A program made the position numbers and the translations under genes. Shown one piece after another: positions 43,613 through 53,744 of a DNA stretch of 64,000 bases. The first letter of the stretch is position 1. The number at the start of each line of letters is the position of its first letter. Source of the DNA: a virus; IMG/VR virus record IMGVR_UViG_3300032313_000518, positions 1 to 64,000 of that record; one strand, given 5' to 3'. Under the pieces are notes generated by a model. It did not search any database, was not told the origin of the DNA, and saw only the letters and a list, made by a program, of their open reading frames with translations.

Positions 43613-46096
43613 ATGAGGAAACTACTTTTATTATTAACGTTACTAATTCCCATAATATCCTTTTCACAAACCTTATCGGGTAAAACAAAATCAAATAAAG
43701 AAGAACTCATTGGAGTTACAATTTGGCTAACTAACAAAAATACAAATAAAAAAATTGGAAGTACATCTGATATCGAATCCAAATATCAATTCCAAAATGT
43801 AGTAGCTGGAAACTATTCAATCAAAGCATCATTTGTTGGATATAAAGAATATACAAAAGATATTACAATTAATGGAGATACCAATTTAGATATCCTAATT
43901 GAAGAAGATACAAAAGTATTGCAAGAAGTTGTAGTAAAGCAAGTAGCAAAGAAAGAAACTGCAACCGCACTTATCAATACACTTAAAGCATCTTACATTG
44001 TAGCAGATGGTTTATCAATCGAATCAATAAAGAAAACACCAGATAGAACTGTTGGAGATGCACTTAAAAGAGTTAGTGGTGTAACAATCCAAAACGATAA
44101 GTTTGTTTTAGTTAGAGGTTTAGCTGATAGATACAACTCGGCTCTACTAAACAAATCAATCCTACCATCAACCGAACCCGATAGAAGAGCATTCTCATTT
44201 GATATTATACCAACATCACTAATAGATAATATTATCATCAACAAAGGAGCATCGGCAAACCTACCGGGTGATTTCGCAGGAGGTTTGGTACAAATTACAA
44301 CAAAGGAAGTTAGTGGTGATTTCTTAAATGTATCATTGGGAGGAAGTTGGGGTTCACTATCAACGGGACAGAATTTTAGATTGGTAGACCCAATACAATT
44401 CCCATCAACGTTCCCATCAACAAACGGATATAGGATTGCTGGATTGGGTGATAGAAGAGCATACACTAAACTAATAGGTTCGCCACAATCCGAAGAGTTT
44501 TCATCTATTCCAAACTTAAATGGTAACTTATCATTTGGTGTTGTAAAAAACAAATGGAACATCTTATTCAGTTCAACAGCAAGAAATACATATTCAGCTA
44601 ATACAACCGAAAGAATCGATTATCAATCATCAACTGAATTAGCATACAATTACAAAGACTTAAATTACTCAAATGTACAATCTCTAAATGGATTATTGAA
44701 CATAGTTTATTTAGGAGAGAATCGTTATAGTTGGAAAACACTTGCTAACTACCAAAACGAAAAATCATTTTTAAGTAGAGTTGGTGAGAACTATGATAAT
44801 GTTCAGTATGTAGATAGTAAATCATCCAACTCAATTCAAAAGTTAGTATTCAATACACAATTTGAAGGTAAGATTAAAACATTGGATTTTAATGTAGGAT
44901 ATAATCTTATGTTGAGAGACCAACCTGATTATAGAGTAACACCTTACATATCATCTTTATATACATCAACACCTTATTCAATAGCATGGAGAGATACCTA
45001 TCGTTTTTGGAGTGTAATGGATGAAAACTCATTCAATGGGGGATTAAACAAATCCATAGGAGATATTCGTTTAGGAGTGGGTTACTTGAAGAAATTGAGA
45101 AACTTCAAAGCAAGAATATTCAGATACGAATCAATGGATTTATTAAATGAGATTACAAACAACACCGATAGATATACTGCCGATTTTGATTTGGCAAATG
45201 GATATGTGATGTATGAAAAAGAAATCAATGACCTAAAAGTAAATACAGGTTTTAGAACAGAATACAATTTATTCAAAGTTCAAACATCTGATTTTAGTGG
45301 ACAACGGATTTCAGTAGATAGAGAGTATTTGGATTTACTCCCATCATTAAACGCAACATATTCAACATCAGAAAAAACAAAGGTTAGATTATCGGTAAGT
45401 AAAACATTAGCAAGACCAGAGTTTAGAGAGGTAGCTAATTTTGCGTATTATGACTTTGTTAGAAACGCACAACTATTAGGAAATCCAAACTTACAAAAAA
45501 CGGATATATTCAATTCAGATATAAAGTTCGAGTTGTATCCTAAATCAGGTGAGAATATATCAATCGGTTTTTTTGGTAAGAAGTTCTTCAATCCAATTGA
45601 GCAAGTTGTAGCAGATGGTTCAGTTCCATCAAATCTATTATTAACATATAAAAATCCAAATGAAGCATTGGTATATGGAGTTGAAATTGAACTTCGTAAA
45701 AAATTAAATGATTGGTTAGATTTATATTCAAACACATCATTCATCAATTCGGAAGTTGATATAAATGGAATTAAAAGACAATTGCAAGGACAATCAAACT
45801 ATGTAGTAAATGGTGGATTGAACTTACATAAAAACAACAATACGTTCAACATATCATACAATAGAGTTGGAGATAGAATATCAGCAGTAGGATTTCAAGG
45901 ATACCCCGATATATTTGAAAACTCTCGTGATGTAGTTGATATTGTTATTCTTCGTAAAATTAAAAACGGAGAAATTAAATTAGCAGTATCGGATATATTC
46001 AGACAACCATTTGAGTATTACCAAAAACCAAATAGAACTTTAATTAAAACAAACAACGAAACAACAGTTTCACTAACACTAAATTACAACCTATGA
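43613..46096 (+). CDS. TonB-dependent receptor
   Basis: Signal peptide, CarboxypepD-reg domain, plug DALKRVSGVTI...VRGLADRYN...PSTEPDRR..FD.IP..LID, PGDFAGG, ARPEFRE, GNP.L; C-terminal YNL. Confidence 0.92.
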   Translation: MRKLLLLLTLLIPIISFSQTLSGKTKSNKEELIGVTIWLTNKNTNKKIGSTSDIESKYQFQNVVAGNYSIKASFVGYKEYTKDITINGDTNLDILIEEDTKVLQEVVVKQVAKKETATALINTLKASYIVADGLSIESIKKTPDRTVGDALKRVSGVTIQNDKFVLVRGLADRYNSALLNKSILPSTEPDRRAFSFDIIPTSLIDNIIINKGASANLPGDFAGGLVQITTKEVSGDFLNVSLGGSWGSLSTGQNFRLVDPIQFPSTFPSTNGYRIAGLGDRRAYTKLIGSPQSEEFSSIPNLNGNLSFGVVKNKWNILFSSTARNTYSANTTERIDYQSSTELAYNYKDLNYSNVQSLNGLLNIVYLGENRYSWKTLANYQNEKSFLSRVGENYDNVQYVDSKSSNSIQKLVFNTQFEGKIKTLDFNVGYNLMLRDQPDYRVTPYISSLYTSTPYSIAWRDTYRFWSVMDENSFNGGLNKSIGDIRLGVGYLKKLRNFKARIFRYESMDLLNEITNNTDRYTADFDLANGYVMYEKEINDLKVNTGFRTEYNLFKVQTSDFSGQRISVDREYLDLLPSLNATYSTSEKTKVRLSVSKTLARPEFREVANFAYYDFVRNAQLLGNPNLQKTDIFNSDIKFELYPKSGENISIGFFGKKFFNPIEQVVADGSVPSNLLLTYKNPNEALVYGVEIELRKKLNDWLDLYSNTSFINSEVDINGIKRQLQGQSNYVVNGGLNLHKNNNTFNISYNRVGDRISAVGFQGYPDIFENSRDVVDIVILRKIKNGEIKLAVSDIFRQPFEYYQKPNRTLIKTNNETTVSLTLNYNL

Positions 46097-47295
46097 AAAA
46101 ATTATTAGTATTGTTCGCAAGTTTAACAATCTTTGGATGTTCTAAAGATTTGGGTGGAGAAGTTACACCAATCAATGTACCAACCTCAACAACTTTGAGT
46201 GGTAACATCACATCAACTACAACTCTTACATCGGATAAAGAGTGGGTATTAAAAGGATATGTTTATGTAACCGATGGTGCTAAACTTATCATTCAACCTG
46301 GCACAACAATCAAATCTGATATAAGTGAGAAAGGTGCATTGTGTATTGAAAGAGGAGCACAAATTGTAGCAGAAGGTACTGTAGCAAAACCAATCATATT
46401 CACATCTGGTAGACCTGCTGGAGAAAGAACACCTGGTGATTGGGGTGGTATTGTAATATTGGGTAGAGCAAAAACCAATAGAACGGCAGAACCAACTATC
46501 GAAGGTGGTATCGGAAGACCTTATGGTGGAACAAACGATTTAGATAATAGTGGTGTTCTAAAATATGTAAGAATTGAATACGCTGGAATTGCAGCAATGC
46601 CAAACTCTGAAATCAACGCACTAACATTGGGTGGAGTTGGTAGTGGAACAATTATTGAGAATGTTCAAACTATCTACGCTAACGATGATGCATTTGAATT
46701 CTTTGGTGGAACTGTAAATGCTAAAAACTTATATGCATATGGAACTGCGGATGATGATTATGATTTTGATTTTGGATATAGAGGAAAAGTATCTTTTTCA
46801 GTATCAAAGAGAGACCCACAATTCGTAGATAATGGTGATGCGGGAAATGGTGTAGAGTGTGATAATGATGGAACAGGTTCAACAGCAGAACCATTTACAC
46901 ATCCTATTTTAGATAATATGATTTTAGTTGGGCCTAACGATGCAACATCTTTAGCAAACCACAATTTAGCAATGAGATGGAGAAGAGCAACTCAATTTGA
47001 GGTTTACAATTCTACAATCATTGGATATATGAAAGGTGGTTTCTCAATGGAAAGTAATGAAACTGCACAATTCTACAAAGATGGTGTAAGTAAGTTTCAG
47101 AACAATAAAATTGGTTCATACAACTTATTAAACTTTATCAGTAAGGCAACTACTATTATTACATCGGATGTAGTTAAAACAAAAGCATTAAGTGAAGGTA
47201 ATACTGAAATAACTTTAACTCCAACCGAAATAGAAACCTTATCTAAACCAATTTGGACAGCAGGTTGGACTAAATTCCCAACGAAAGGAAACTAA
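46093..47295 (+). CDS. beta-helix surface lipoprotein partnering the TBDR
   Basis: IFGC lipobox; L.IQPGT.I, A.GT...PIIFTS, GDWGGIVILG.A, DNSGVLKYVRIEYAG, EINALTLGGVG.GT, DD.FEFFGGTVN. Confidence 0.85.
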   Translation: MKKLLVLFASLTIFGCSKDLGGEVTPINVPTSTTLSGNITSTTTLTSDKEWVLKGYVYVTDGAKLIIQPGTTIKSDISEKGALCIERGAQIVAEGTVAKPIIFTSGRPAGERTPGDWGGIVILGRAKTNRTAEPTIEGGIGRPYGGTNDLDNSGVLKYVRIEYAGIAAMPNSEINALTLGGVGSGTIIENVQTIYANDDAFEFFGGTVNAKNLYAYGTADDDYDFDFGYRGKVSFSVSKRDPQFVDNGDAGNGVECDNDGTGSTAEPFTHPILDNMILVGPNDATSLANHNLAMRWRRATQFEVYNSTIIGYMKGGFSMESNETAQFYKDGVSKFQNNKIGSYNLLNFISKATTIITSDVVKTKALSEGNTEITLTPTEIETLSKPIWTAGWTKFPTKGN

Positions 47296-47296
47296 A

Positions 47297-48010
47297 ATGA
47301 AAGATAAATTAACTATCATCATCCCATCAAAAAACGAAAGCGATACTTTATATGATTGCTTACAATTTTTGTATAATCAAACGGATATAGATGGTTTTAG
47401 AGTTATAGTAGCAGATATATCAGATGACCCATATTCGGTTGGTATTTTATATAAAGCAAGAAGTAATTTCAAAGATAAATTAAAAATTGAAGTAATAAAA
47501 GGTGGGTATCCATCGGAAGGTAGATTGGCAGGTTCTAAACTTGCCAATACTCCTTACATTCTGTTTTTAGATGCAGATGTATTTCTTACAAACCATAGTT
47601 TGTTAAGTGATATATTCAAAAAGTTGGAAACAACAAAGATAGAACTATTAACTACACCATTTCAAACTTCTAAAAAATGGAATTGGGTGTTTCGTATTTT
47701 TGATATATTCCAATGGTTGAGTGTAAAGATAAACTCACCATTTGCAGTAGGTGGATTTCAGTTATGGGATAGACAAGCATATTGGAAAGTAGGGGGATAT
47801 AAAAAAGATGAATTGTTTGCGGAAGATTATTCACTTTCATCAAAATCAAATCCAAAGTATTTTCATATACATAAAACAAACGGAGTTTGGACATCACCTC
47901 GTAGATTTCAAAACAAAGGAGTATTCTATATGGTTTCTTTAATGATGCAAAGTTACATCAACAGAAATAATCCTGAATTTTTCAAACAACATCACAATTA
48001 TTGGGTTTAA
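47297..48010 (+). CDS. glycosyltransferase family 2
   Basis: IIIPSKNE, VIVAD, LFLDADV, GGY..ELFAEDY, TSPRRF. Confidence 0.9.
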   Translation: MKDKLTIIIPSKNESDTLYDCLQFLYNQTDIDGFRVIVADISDDPYSVGILYKARSNFKDKLKIEVIKGGYPSEGRLAGSKLANTPYILFLDADVFLTNHSLLSDIFKKLETTKIELLTTPFQTSKKWNWVFRIFDIFQWLSVKINSPFAVGGFQLWDRQAYWKVGGYKKDELFAEDYSLSSKSNPKYFHIHKTNGVWTSPRRFQNKGVFYMVSLMMQSYINRNNPEFFKQHHNYWV

Positions 48011-48107
48011 TTATGGGCACTATATTTCCTTTTCTTTTTGGATTTGCAGTTGTTATAGCAGGTTGTATTGTTATGATGATTGTAGACCAAATTTCTAAAA
48101 AAAGATA

Positions 48108-48818
48108 ATGTACAAATATATCATAGTATCAGATTTACATTTAGGTACTAAACATAGTAAAGCAAAGGAGTTCTTACAATTCATAGAAGAGAACCCATGC
48201 GAACAACTTATTCTCAATGGGGATATAGTTGATGGATGGGCATTGCAAAGAGGAACTAAATGGAGAACATCTCACACAAAGGTAATTGCTAAACTAATAA
48301 AACTATCCACAAAGCAAAAGGTAGTTTGGATACGGGGAAATCACGATGATTTTCTTAAAGATTTTATTGGTACTAATTTGGGTAATATAAAAATCAGAGA
48401 AGATTATATTATTACCGCAGATAAAAGATACTTCATATTTCACGGAGATATTATAGATGTATTTATTACAAAATACAAATGGTTATCACAAATAGGAGCG
48501 GTTGGATACGATTTTGCTTTATTACTAAATGACGTGTATAATTGGTATCGTAAGTGGAGAAATCTACCTTATTATTCAATATCACAAAGAATAAAAGAGG
48601 GTGTTAAAATAGCAACCAATTATGTTAATGATTTTGAAACAACCGCAATCCGAATGGCAGGTGATAAGATGTGTGATGGTGTTATTTGTGGACACATTCA
48701 CCAACCCGCTGACAGAATGATTGGTAAAAAACACTATCTCAATTCAGGAGATTGGGTTGAGAATATGACAGCAATCTGTATAAATGATAACAATAATATA
48801 ACAATTAAAAGAATATAA
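48108..48818 (+). CDS. PlcP-like phospholipase C (UDP-2,3-diacylglucosamine hydrolase-like metallophosphoesterase)
   Basis: SDLHLGT, LNGDIVDGW.L, GNHDD, HGDIID, R....YYSIS..IK..VK.A..Y..DFE, DGVICGHIH, N.GDWVE..TA. Confidence 0.75.
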   Translation: MYKYIIVSDLHLGTKHSKAKEFLQFIEENPCEQLILNGDIVDGWALQRGTKWRTSHTKVIAKLIKLSTKQKVVWIRGNHDDFLKDFIGTNLGNIKIREDYIITADKRYFIFHGDIIDVFITKYKWLSQIGAVGYDFALLLNDVYNWYRKWRNLPYYSISQRIKEGVKIATNYVNDFETTAIRMAGDKMCDGVICGHIHQPADRMIGKKHYLNSGDWVENMTAICINDNNNITIKRI

Positions 48819-48852
48819 TTGTGATATTTATATATACAAACTAAACAAATAA

Positions 48853-49893
48853 ATGTCATCCTCAAAAACTCTGTTTATATTAAAAAGAAAACAAAACTAT
48901 AATCTTTCAACCGATTATAGTGTTGGATTAAGCACCGGCCTGTACAATTCGGCTCAATTTATGAATCAAATGCTATTAGATGGCGGGTTTGATTCTCAAA
49001 TGGTAGTTGTAAATGATAATAACGATATAGATAGAGAAGTAACTCTACACAAACCAACCCACGTTATTATTGAAGCTCTTTGGGTTGTTCCATCTAAATT
49101 CGAAGTTCTTTGCAAATTACATCCAAACGTTAAATGGGTAATTCGTTTACATAGCGAAATACCATTTTTAGCAAATGAAGGAATGGCAATGGATTGGATT
49201 GGGGAATATAGTAAATTTGATAATATTATTATTTCTTGCAACTCACCACAAACTACCAAAGATATTGAGTTTTATATGAGTACAAAATTGGGTATTAAAA
49301 AGAATATAGCTTTTTTACCAAATTTTTATCCACAACAATATAAAACTAAATCATTCAATAAGAAAGGTGATACGATTCACATAGGATGTTTTGGTGCAAT
49401 TAGACCTCTAAAAAATCATCTTATACAAGCATTTGCAGCAATTAAGTTTGCAGATGAAATTGGTAAAAAATTACATTTCCATATCAATTGCGATAGAGTT
49501 GAACAAAAAGGAGAACCAATATTAAATAACTTAATAAGTATGTTCAATCATTTAGAACATAAAGGTCATAAGTTAGTTCATCATGAGTGGAGTGTTAGAG
49601 AGCAATTTATTCAATTATGTTCTACGATGGATATTGGAATTCAGATATCATTTAATGAAACTTTTAATATTGTAGGAGCTGATATAGTTTCACAAGGAGT
49701 TCCTTTGGTATCTTCACCTGAAATCCCTTGGGCTAATTCATTATTTACTGCAAGACAAACTAATACTGATGATATTGTAGATTCACTATTATGTACTTAC
49801 GCATATCCAAAAATAAATGTATTATTAAATCAAAGAGGTCTTGAAAAATATACAAATAAAACAAAACATATTTGGTTTAAGTTTTTCAAATGA
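48853..49893 (+). CDS. GT-B (GT4-like) glycosyltransferase
   Basis: IGCFGAIRPLKNH, SFNETFNIV.AD..S.GVP.V. Confidence 0.7.
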   Translation: MSSSKTLFILKRKQNYNLSTDYSVGLSTGLYNSAQFMNQMLLDGGFDSQMVVVNDNNDIDREVTLHKPTHVIIEALWVVPSKFEVLCKLHPNVKWVIRLHSEIPFLANEGMAMDWIGEYSKFDNIIISCNSPQTTKDIEFYMSTKLGIKKNIAFLPNFYPQQYKTKSFNKKGDTIHIGCFGAIRPLKNHLIQAFAAIKFADEIGKKLHFHINCDRVEQKGEPILNNLISMFNHLEHKGHKLVHHEWSVREQFIQLCSTMDIGIQISFNETFNIVGADIVSQGVPLVSSPEIPWANSLFTARQTNTDDIVDSLLCTYAYPKINVLLNQRGLEKYTNKTKHIWFKFFK

Positions 49894-49935
49894 TATTTAT
49901 ATCCGGTTACACTTTTAAATATAAATCGGATATGA

Positions 49936-51546
49936 TTGAAAAAGTTAAAAGTTTTATTAAGTGTATTATTCATATTCTGTCTAGCTTCCAAAGCTAACGG
50001 ACAAACAACATTTACACAAACATTTATAGATAAGTGTACTGGAGAAGTAAAACTCGCCACCACTACCTATGTCAATGGAAATGCCTTTGTATCATTCTAT
50101 GACCAAATGAAAGTATTCTCACCCGAAGAAGTTCAAAGTGGTGCAATGAAAATTTGGTTACAAGCAGTTTACCTTGCTTATGCAAATAAGACTTGTGCAA
50201 CTGCAACGGTAGTTCAACAAACCATTCAACAAACGGTAAACCAAGCAGTTCAACAAGCAGCATCTCAAGCGGCTCAACAGGCAGCAGCTCAAGCCGCATC
50301 ACAAGCAGCAGCTCAAGCGGCTTCACAAGCAGCAGCTTCAGCCGCACAATCGGCAGCAGCTTCGGCAGCTCAATCAGCGGCAAGTTCAGCTGCATCATCT
50401 GCTGCTTCTTCTGCGGCAAGTTCAGCGGCAAGTTCAGCTGCATCATCTGCCGCTTCTTCTGCGGCTAGTGGAGCGGCTTCATCGGCAGCTGGTTCTGCGG
50501 CTAGTGGAGCAGCAGCTTCGGCAGCCGGAGCGGCAGTACCACCACCCCCACCAACTCCATCCGCACCTGCTCCTAGCGCTCCGGCTCCTTCTGGTGGAGG
50601 TTCACCTACCCCATCATCAAATAGTTCTTCTGGTGGAGGAAACGGAGGTGGTAGTTCATCACCAAAAGCAGAAGCAAAAGCTGAGGCAAAAGCTGAGGCA
50701 AAAGCCGAAGCTAAAGCTGAATCAAAATCGGAAAGTAAGAGTGAATCTAAATCAGAATCCAAATCCGAATCCAAAGAAGAAAGTAAATCCGAAAGTAAAA
50801 GTGAGGAAAAGAAAGAAGAATCAAAATCGGAATCTAAAAAAGAAGAAAAGAAAGAAGAGAAAAAGGAAGAGAAGAAACAAAAAGCAGCACCAATAAATCC
50901 ATTATTATTGGCATCGGATTTAAGTGTAGTAGAATCCGAACCTGGTAGTTGGCAGGCAATCCTATCAACTGGTGTATCTCGTTCATCAATGGCTGGAGAT
51001 GAAAGTTATTCAGCTAGTTCAATGATTTGGAGTAATCTAAAACAATTTGCCCTAAGTGGTGGTTATACTAAGATGAACTTCAAAGATGGAGCATTACATT
51101 CTATGAACTCATACTCACTAACTGGTGCATATTTGGATAGAACCTATATGAGTTTAGTTGGATTGACAGTAATAATACCACACCCAAAGATTGGAGTATA
51201 TGGATACAATGTTGGTTTAGTTAATCTATTCTCACCAAAAGAAGGTGGGGGATATGGATATAGTGTAAGTAATTCTGGTGTTCTATTTTGGACTAAACCA
51301 TATCAAACTACAAAGAAATTAACACTATCACCGCAAGTGTTTACAATGTTACCTGGTGGAAGTTGGGATACAACCAATGGTACATTCACTTATAGTTCCG
51401 ATGTTGGATTATTATTGGGTACTTCGATTGATTACAAAATCAGTAAACGTTTTGGATTTAGTTTTAATTACAAAATCAATACGTCTACTGCTGCAGGGGC
51501 TCCGATATTAAGTAACTTTTTAATTGGTTCTAGATTGATGCTTTAA
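49936..51546 (+). CDS. exported protein: N-terminal domain, long low-complexity linker, C-terminal beta-barrel
   Basis: Signal peptide (KANG/Q); AASQ, ASSA, Pro/Ser, AEAK, ESKS and EEKK tracts; C-terminal strands ending IGSRLML. Confidence 0.8.
   Translation: MKKLKVLLSVLFIFCLASKANGQTTFTQTFIDKCTGEVKLATTTYVNGNAFVSFYDQMKVFSPEEVQSGAMKIWLQAVYLAYANKTCATATVVQQTIQQTVNQAVQQAASQAAQQAAAQAASQAAAQAASQAAASAAQSAAASAAQSAASSAASSAASSAASSAASSAASSAASSAASGAASSAAGSAASGAAASAAGAAVPPPPPTPSAPAPSAPAPSGGGSPTPSSNSSSGGGNGGGSSSPKAEAKAEAKAEAKAEAKAESKSESKSESKSESKSESKEESKSESKSEEKKEESKSESKKEEKKEEKKEEKKQKAAPINPLLLASDLSVVESEPGSWQAILSTGVSRSSMAGDESYSASSMIWSNLKQFALSGGYTKMNFKDGALHSMNSYSLTGAYLDRTYMSLVGLTVIIPHPKIGVYGYNVGLVNLFSPKEGGGYGYSVSNSGVLFWTKPYQTTKKLTLSPQVFTMLPGGSWDTTNGTFTYSSDVGLLLGTSIDYKISKRFGFSFNYKINTSTAAGAPILSNFLIGSRLML
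50220..50880 (+). repeat. coding tetrapeptide repeats (QAAS, ASSA, AEAK, SESK, EEKK)
   Basis: 12-nt periodicity with synonymous codon variation. Confidence 0.85.
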
Positions 51547-51683
51547 GAAATAACTTCTTTATCTATATGTAAAGGTTCAGTATGTTGTCTTTGCTTTCTA
51601 ACACCATAATGAGTTGTTGTTTTTGCAATTGTAGCTCCTAAAGAACCACAAATTAAAATTATTGTAATTAATAAATTTATCAT
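51543..51683 (-). CDS. small membrane/exported peptide (46 aa)
   Basis: MINLLITIILICGSLGATIAKTTTHYGVRKQRQHTEPLHIDKEVIS; minus-strand ATACTTAT at 51723-51730. Confidence 0.55.
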   Translation of the reverse strand: MINLLITIILICGSLGATIAKTTTHYGVRKQRQHTEPLHIDKEVIS

Positions 51684-51865
51684 TTTTTTGTATTATTTGT
51701 ATTGTTTTATCACTTTTCTAATATAAGTATTGGAAAAATACTAAAAAGATAATAAAAATAGGATTTTCCCAATAAGTTAAAAAAGGTTCTTTATATAATA
51801 CAAAAATATTATAATTTTATTGATTATTAAGTATTTAATATTTATTGGTGTAAAAAATATACATT

Positions 51866-52492
51866 ATGAACACGTTTCTTAAATTAGGTGTAATCGTTAT
51901 AGCAATCGCAGTTGGAATATTTATATTCCGTGAATGTTCTTCATCGGATACGCCGGGTGAAACTGTGAATGTGGATGGTAAAAAGTATGAGTTAATAAAA
52001 CACAAAATTGATACTTTTGTTGTTGAGCACACTCAAATAAAATATAAAAGAGGACAAGATATCTACCACGAAACAATTGTGGAAAAAGAAAAGAGAGTAG
52101 AAGTACCTATTTATATTAAATCTGATAGTGAAAGAATTGTCAGAGAGTATCATCAAAAAGTTTTGTATAAAGATAAGTTAGTATTAGAAAATAATTTGGG
52201 AACAATTGAATTAACTGATACTATATCTATGAATAAGATTATTGGCAGAAAGTGGAACGCTCAAATAAGAGAAAGAACCATAACTGATACCAAAATAGTA
52301 AAAGAGTTACCAAAGAATCAAGTCTACATTGGAGCACAAACTATAATTGGGAATTCAACTGTAATGGCTGGACCACAACTTACATTGAAAACTAAAAAAG
52401 ATAATATGTATGGTGCCGGAGTATTGATTGATGGTAATGGAAACAAATACTTAGGAGTTTCAGTTGGTTGGAAAATTAGACTTAAAAAATAA
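51866..52492 (+). CDS. membrane-anchored protein with C-terminal beta-hairpins (possible spanin-like lysis protein)
   Basis: N-terminal TM then Cys; ends YLGVSVGWKIRLKK. Confidence 0.5.
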   Translation: MNTFLKLGVIVIAIAVGIFIFRECSSSDTPGETVNVDGKKYELIKHKIDTFVVEHTQIKYKRGQDIYHETIVEKEKRVEVPIYIKSDSERIVREYHQKVLYKDKLVLENNLGTIELTDTISMNKIIGRKWNAQIRERTITDTKIVKELPKNQVYIGAQTIIGNSTVMAGPQLTLKTKKDNMYGAGVLIDGNGNKYLGVSVGWKIRLKK

Positions 52493-52493
52493 A

Positions 52494-53300
52494 ATGCTCA
52501 ACGAGTGTATCATTGTATCTAAAGAAGTTGGTGATAAGTTCATCTTAGCTAAAAATAGAGATAGAGCTTACAAACCAAAATTAGAAATTATCCACACTAT
52601 CATAAATGGTGTGGAGGTTGCATACATTCACGATATGATTACCGATTGGAGTGAGGGTATGAACGAGTTTGGAATTGGTATTGTAAATTCAGCTCTAATG
52701 GTAGGACATGATGAGGCAGAAGCAAAGTTGGTAAAGAAGAGTGGTAAACCATCCAAAGATGGAAAGAAAATTAGAACTGCACTTTCACAAAAAACTTTAA
52801 GAGAAGCAATCAAAGCAGCAGTATTAACTGATGGTGGTGTAAACGGACATACATTTGTTTCATCTCCAAAGTATATGGTTAGTATTGAAAAGACATCAAA
52901 ACACAGACCTAATATTATTTTACACAATATGGAAAATCCAGTTGTTCGTACAAATCACGGACATATGTTTACTGATGCTGGATACACACATGGACAAAAA
53001 TACTTATCATCTAAAATGAGAAAGATATCAGCTGAAAAATCAGTTGATAAAGTTGAAGATTGGAAAGAGATTGCAAATGCAATGAGAAAAGAATTCTTTC
53101 CAAAACAATCTCAACTTAATATGGCAAGAAAATCTAAAGAGATGTTCACATCATCTCAAACTGTACTTAACCTTACTGATAGAATATTACAAATAGAATA
53201 TTTTACTGATAACGTCCAAGAGTTTGTTGGTATAACTAATAAGTTACCAAAGGACTACAAAGCTAAAATCAGTATCGTAGTAAAACCAATTCAATCCTAA
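52494..53300 (+). CDS. Ntn-hydrolase (peptidase C45 / NRDE-like)
   Basis: C.IV.....LAKNRDR, EGMNE.G..IVN, RTNHG, T.SQ. Confidence 0.75.
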   Translation: MLNECIIVSKEVGDKFILAKNRDRAYKPKLEIIHTIINGVEVAYIHDMITDWSEGMNEFGIGIVNSALMVGHDEAEAKLVKKSGKPSKDGKKIRTALSQKTLREAIKAAVLTDGGVNGHTFVSSPKYMVSIEKTSKHRPNIILHNMENPVVRTNHGHMFTDAGYTHGQKYLSSKMRKISAEKSVDKVEDWKEIANAMRKEFFPKQSQLNMARKSKEMFTSSQTVLNLTDRILQIEYFTDNVQEFVGITNKLPKDYKAKISIVVKPIQS

Positions 53301-53351
53301 CTTTTTATAGTTTAGATATTTATATACAAGCAATATATAAATAAAATTACT

Positions 53352-53744
53352 ATGTCAACCGATTTCGAATTATTCAAAGGTAAAACATTAGGTTCACTTT
53401 TTGAGGACATCTATAATAACCAAACACAAAAGAAAGCAAAAATATCCGAACTAATCATTGAACTAAAAAAAATGGTTAGACACGCAGGTGATATGGCTGT
53501 TATAGGTCCTTTAATTAGAGATTTAATAGATACATCGGTAAAGAATGATGACCAATTGGTTAAGTTGGCAAACCTTGCTCAAAAACTAATAGTATCTGAA
53601 AAAAAATCGGAGGGGGATGATGGATTCCTTTCAGCATTTGAAAAAGAACAATTACTAAAAGATATTGAAGATACTCAATTAGAATTAGAAAGAGTAGATG
53701 AATTAGAAAACGAAATAGAGGAGCTTAAATTAAAAGTTAAATAA
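53352..53744 (+). CDS. conserved helical late protein
   Basis: F.GK.L..LF.DIY.N, VKND.QL.KLA; late motif at 53316. Confidence 0.7.
   Translation: MSTDFELFKGKTLGSLFEDIYNNQTQKKAKISELIIELKKMVRHAGDMAVIGPLIRDLIDTSVKNDDQLVKLANLAQKLIVSEKKSEGDDGFLSAFEKEQLLKDIEDTQLELERVDELENEIEELKLKVK

Noticed and set aside
50072-50896. Overlapping alternative-frame ORFs in the repeat region, and other antisense ORFs (e.g. 687, 23120, 43993, 63145)
   Set aside because: They are shadows of low-complexity or strongly biased real genes, with no promoter or recognisable motifs
2038-52494. Longer ORF-track starts at 2038, 4138, 6311, 6624, 9017, 11346, 19714, 25302, 26083 and 52464
   Set aside because: The extensions run through promoter motifs or upstream genes; downstream ATGs fit family N-termini and leader context
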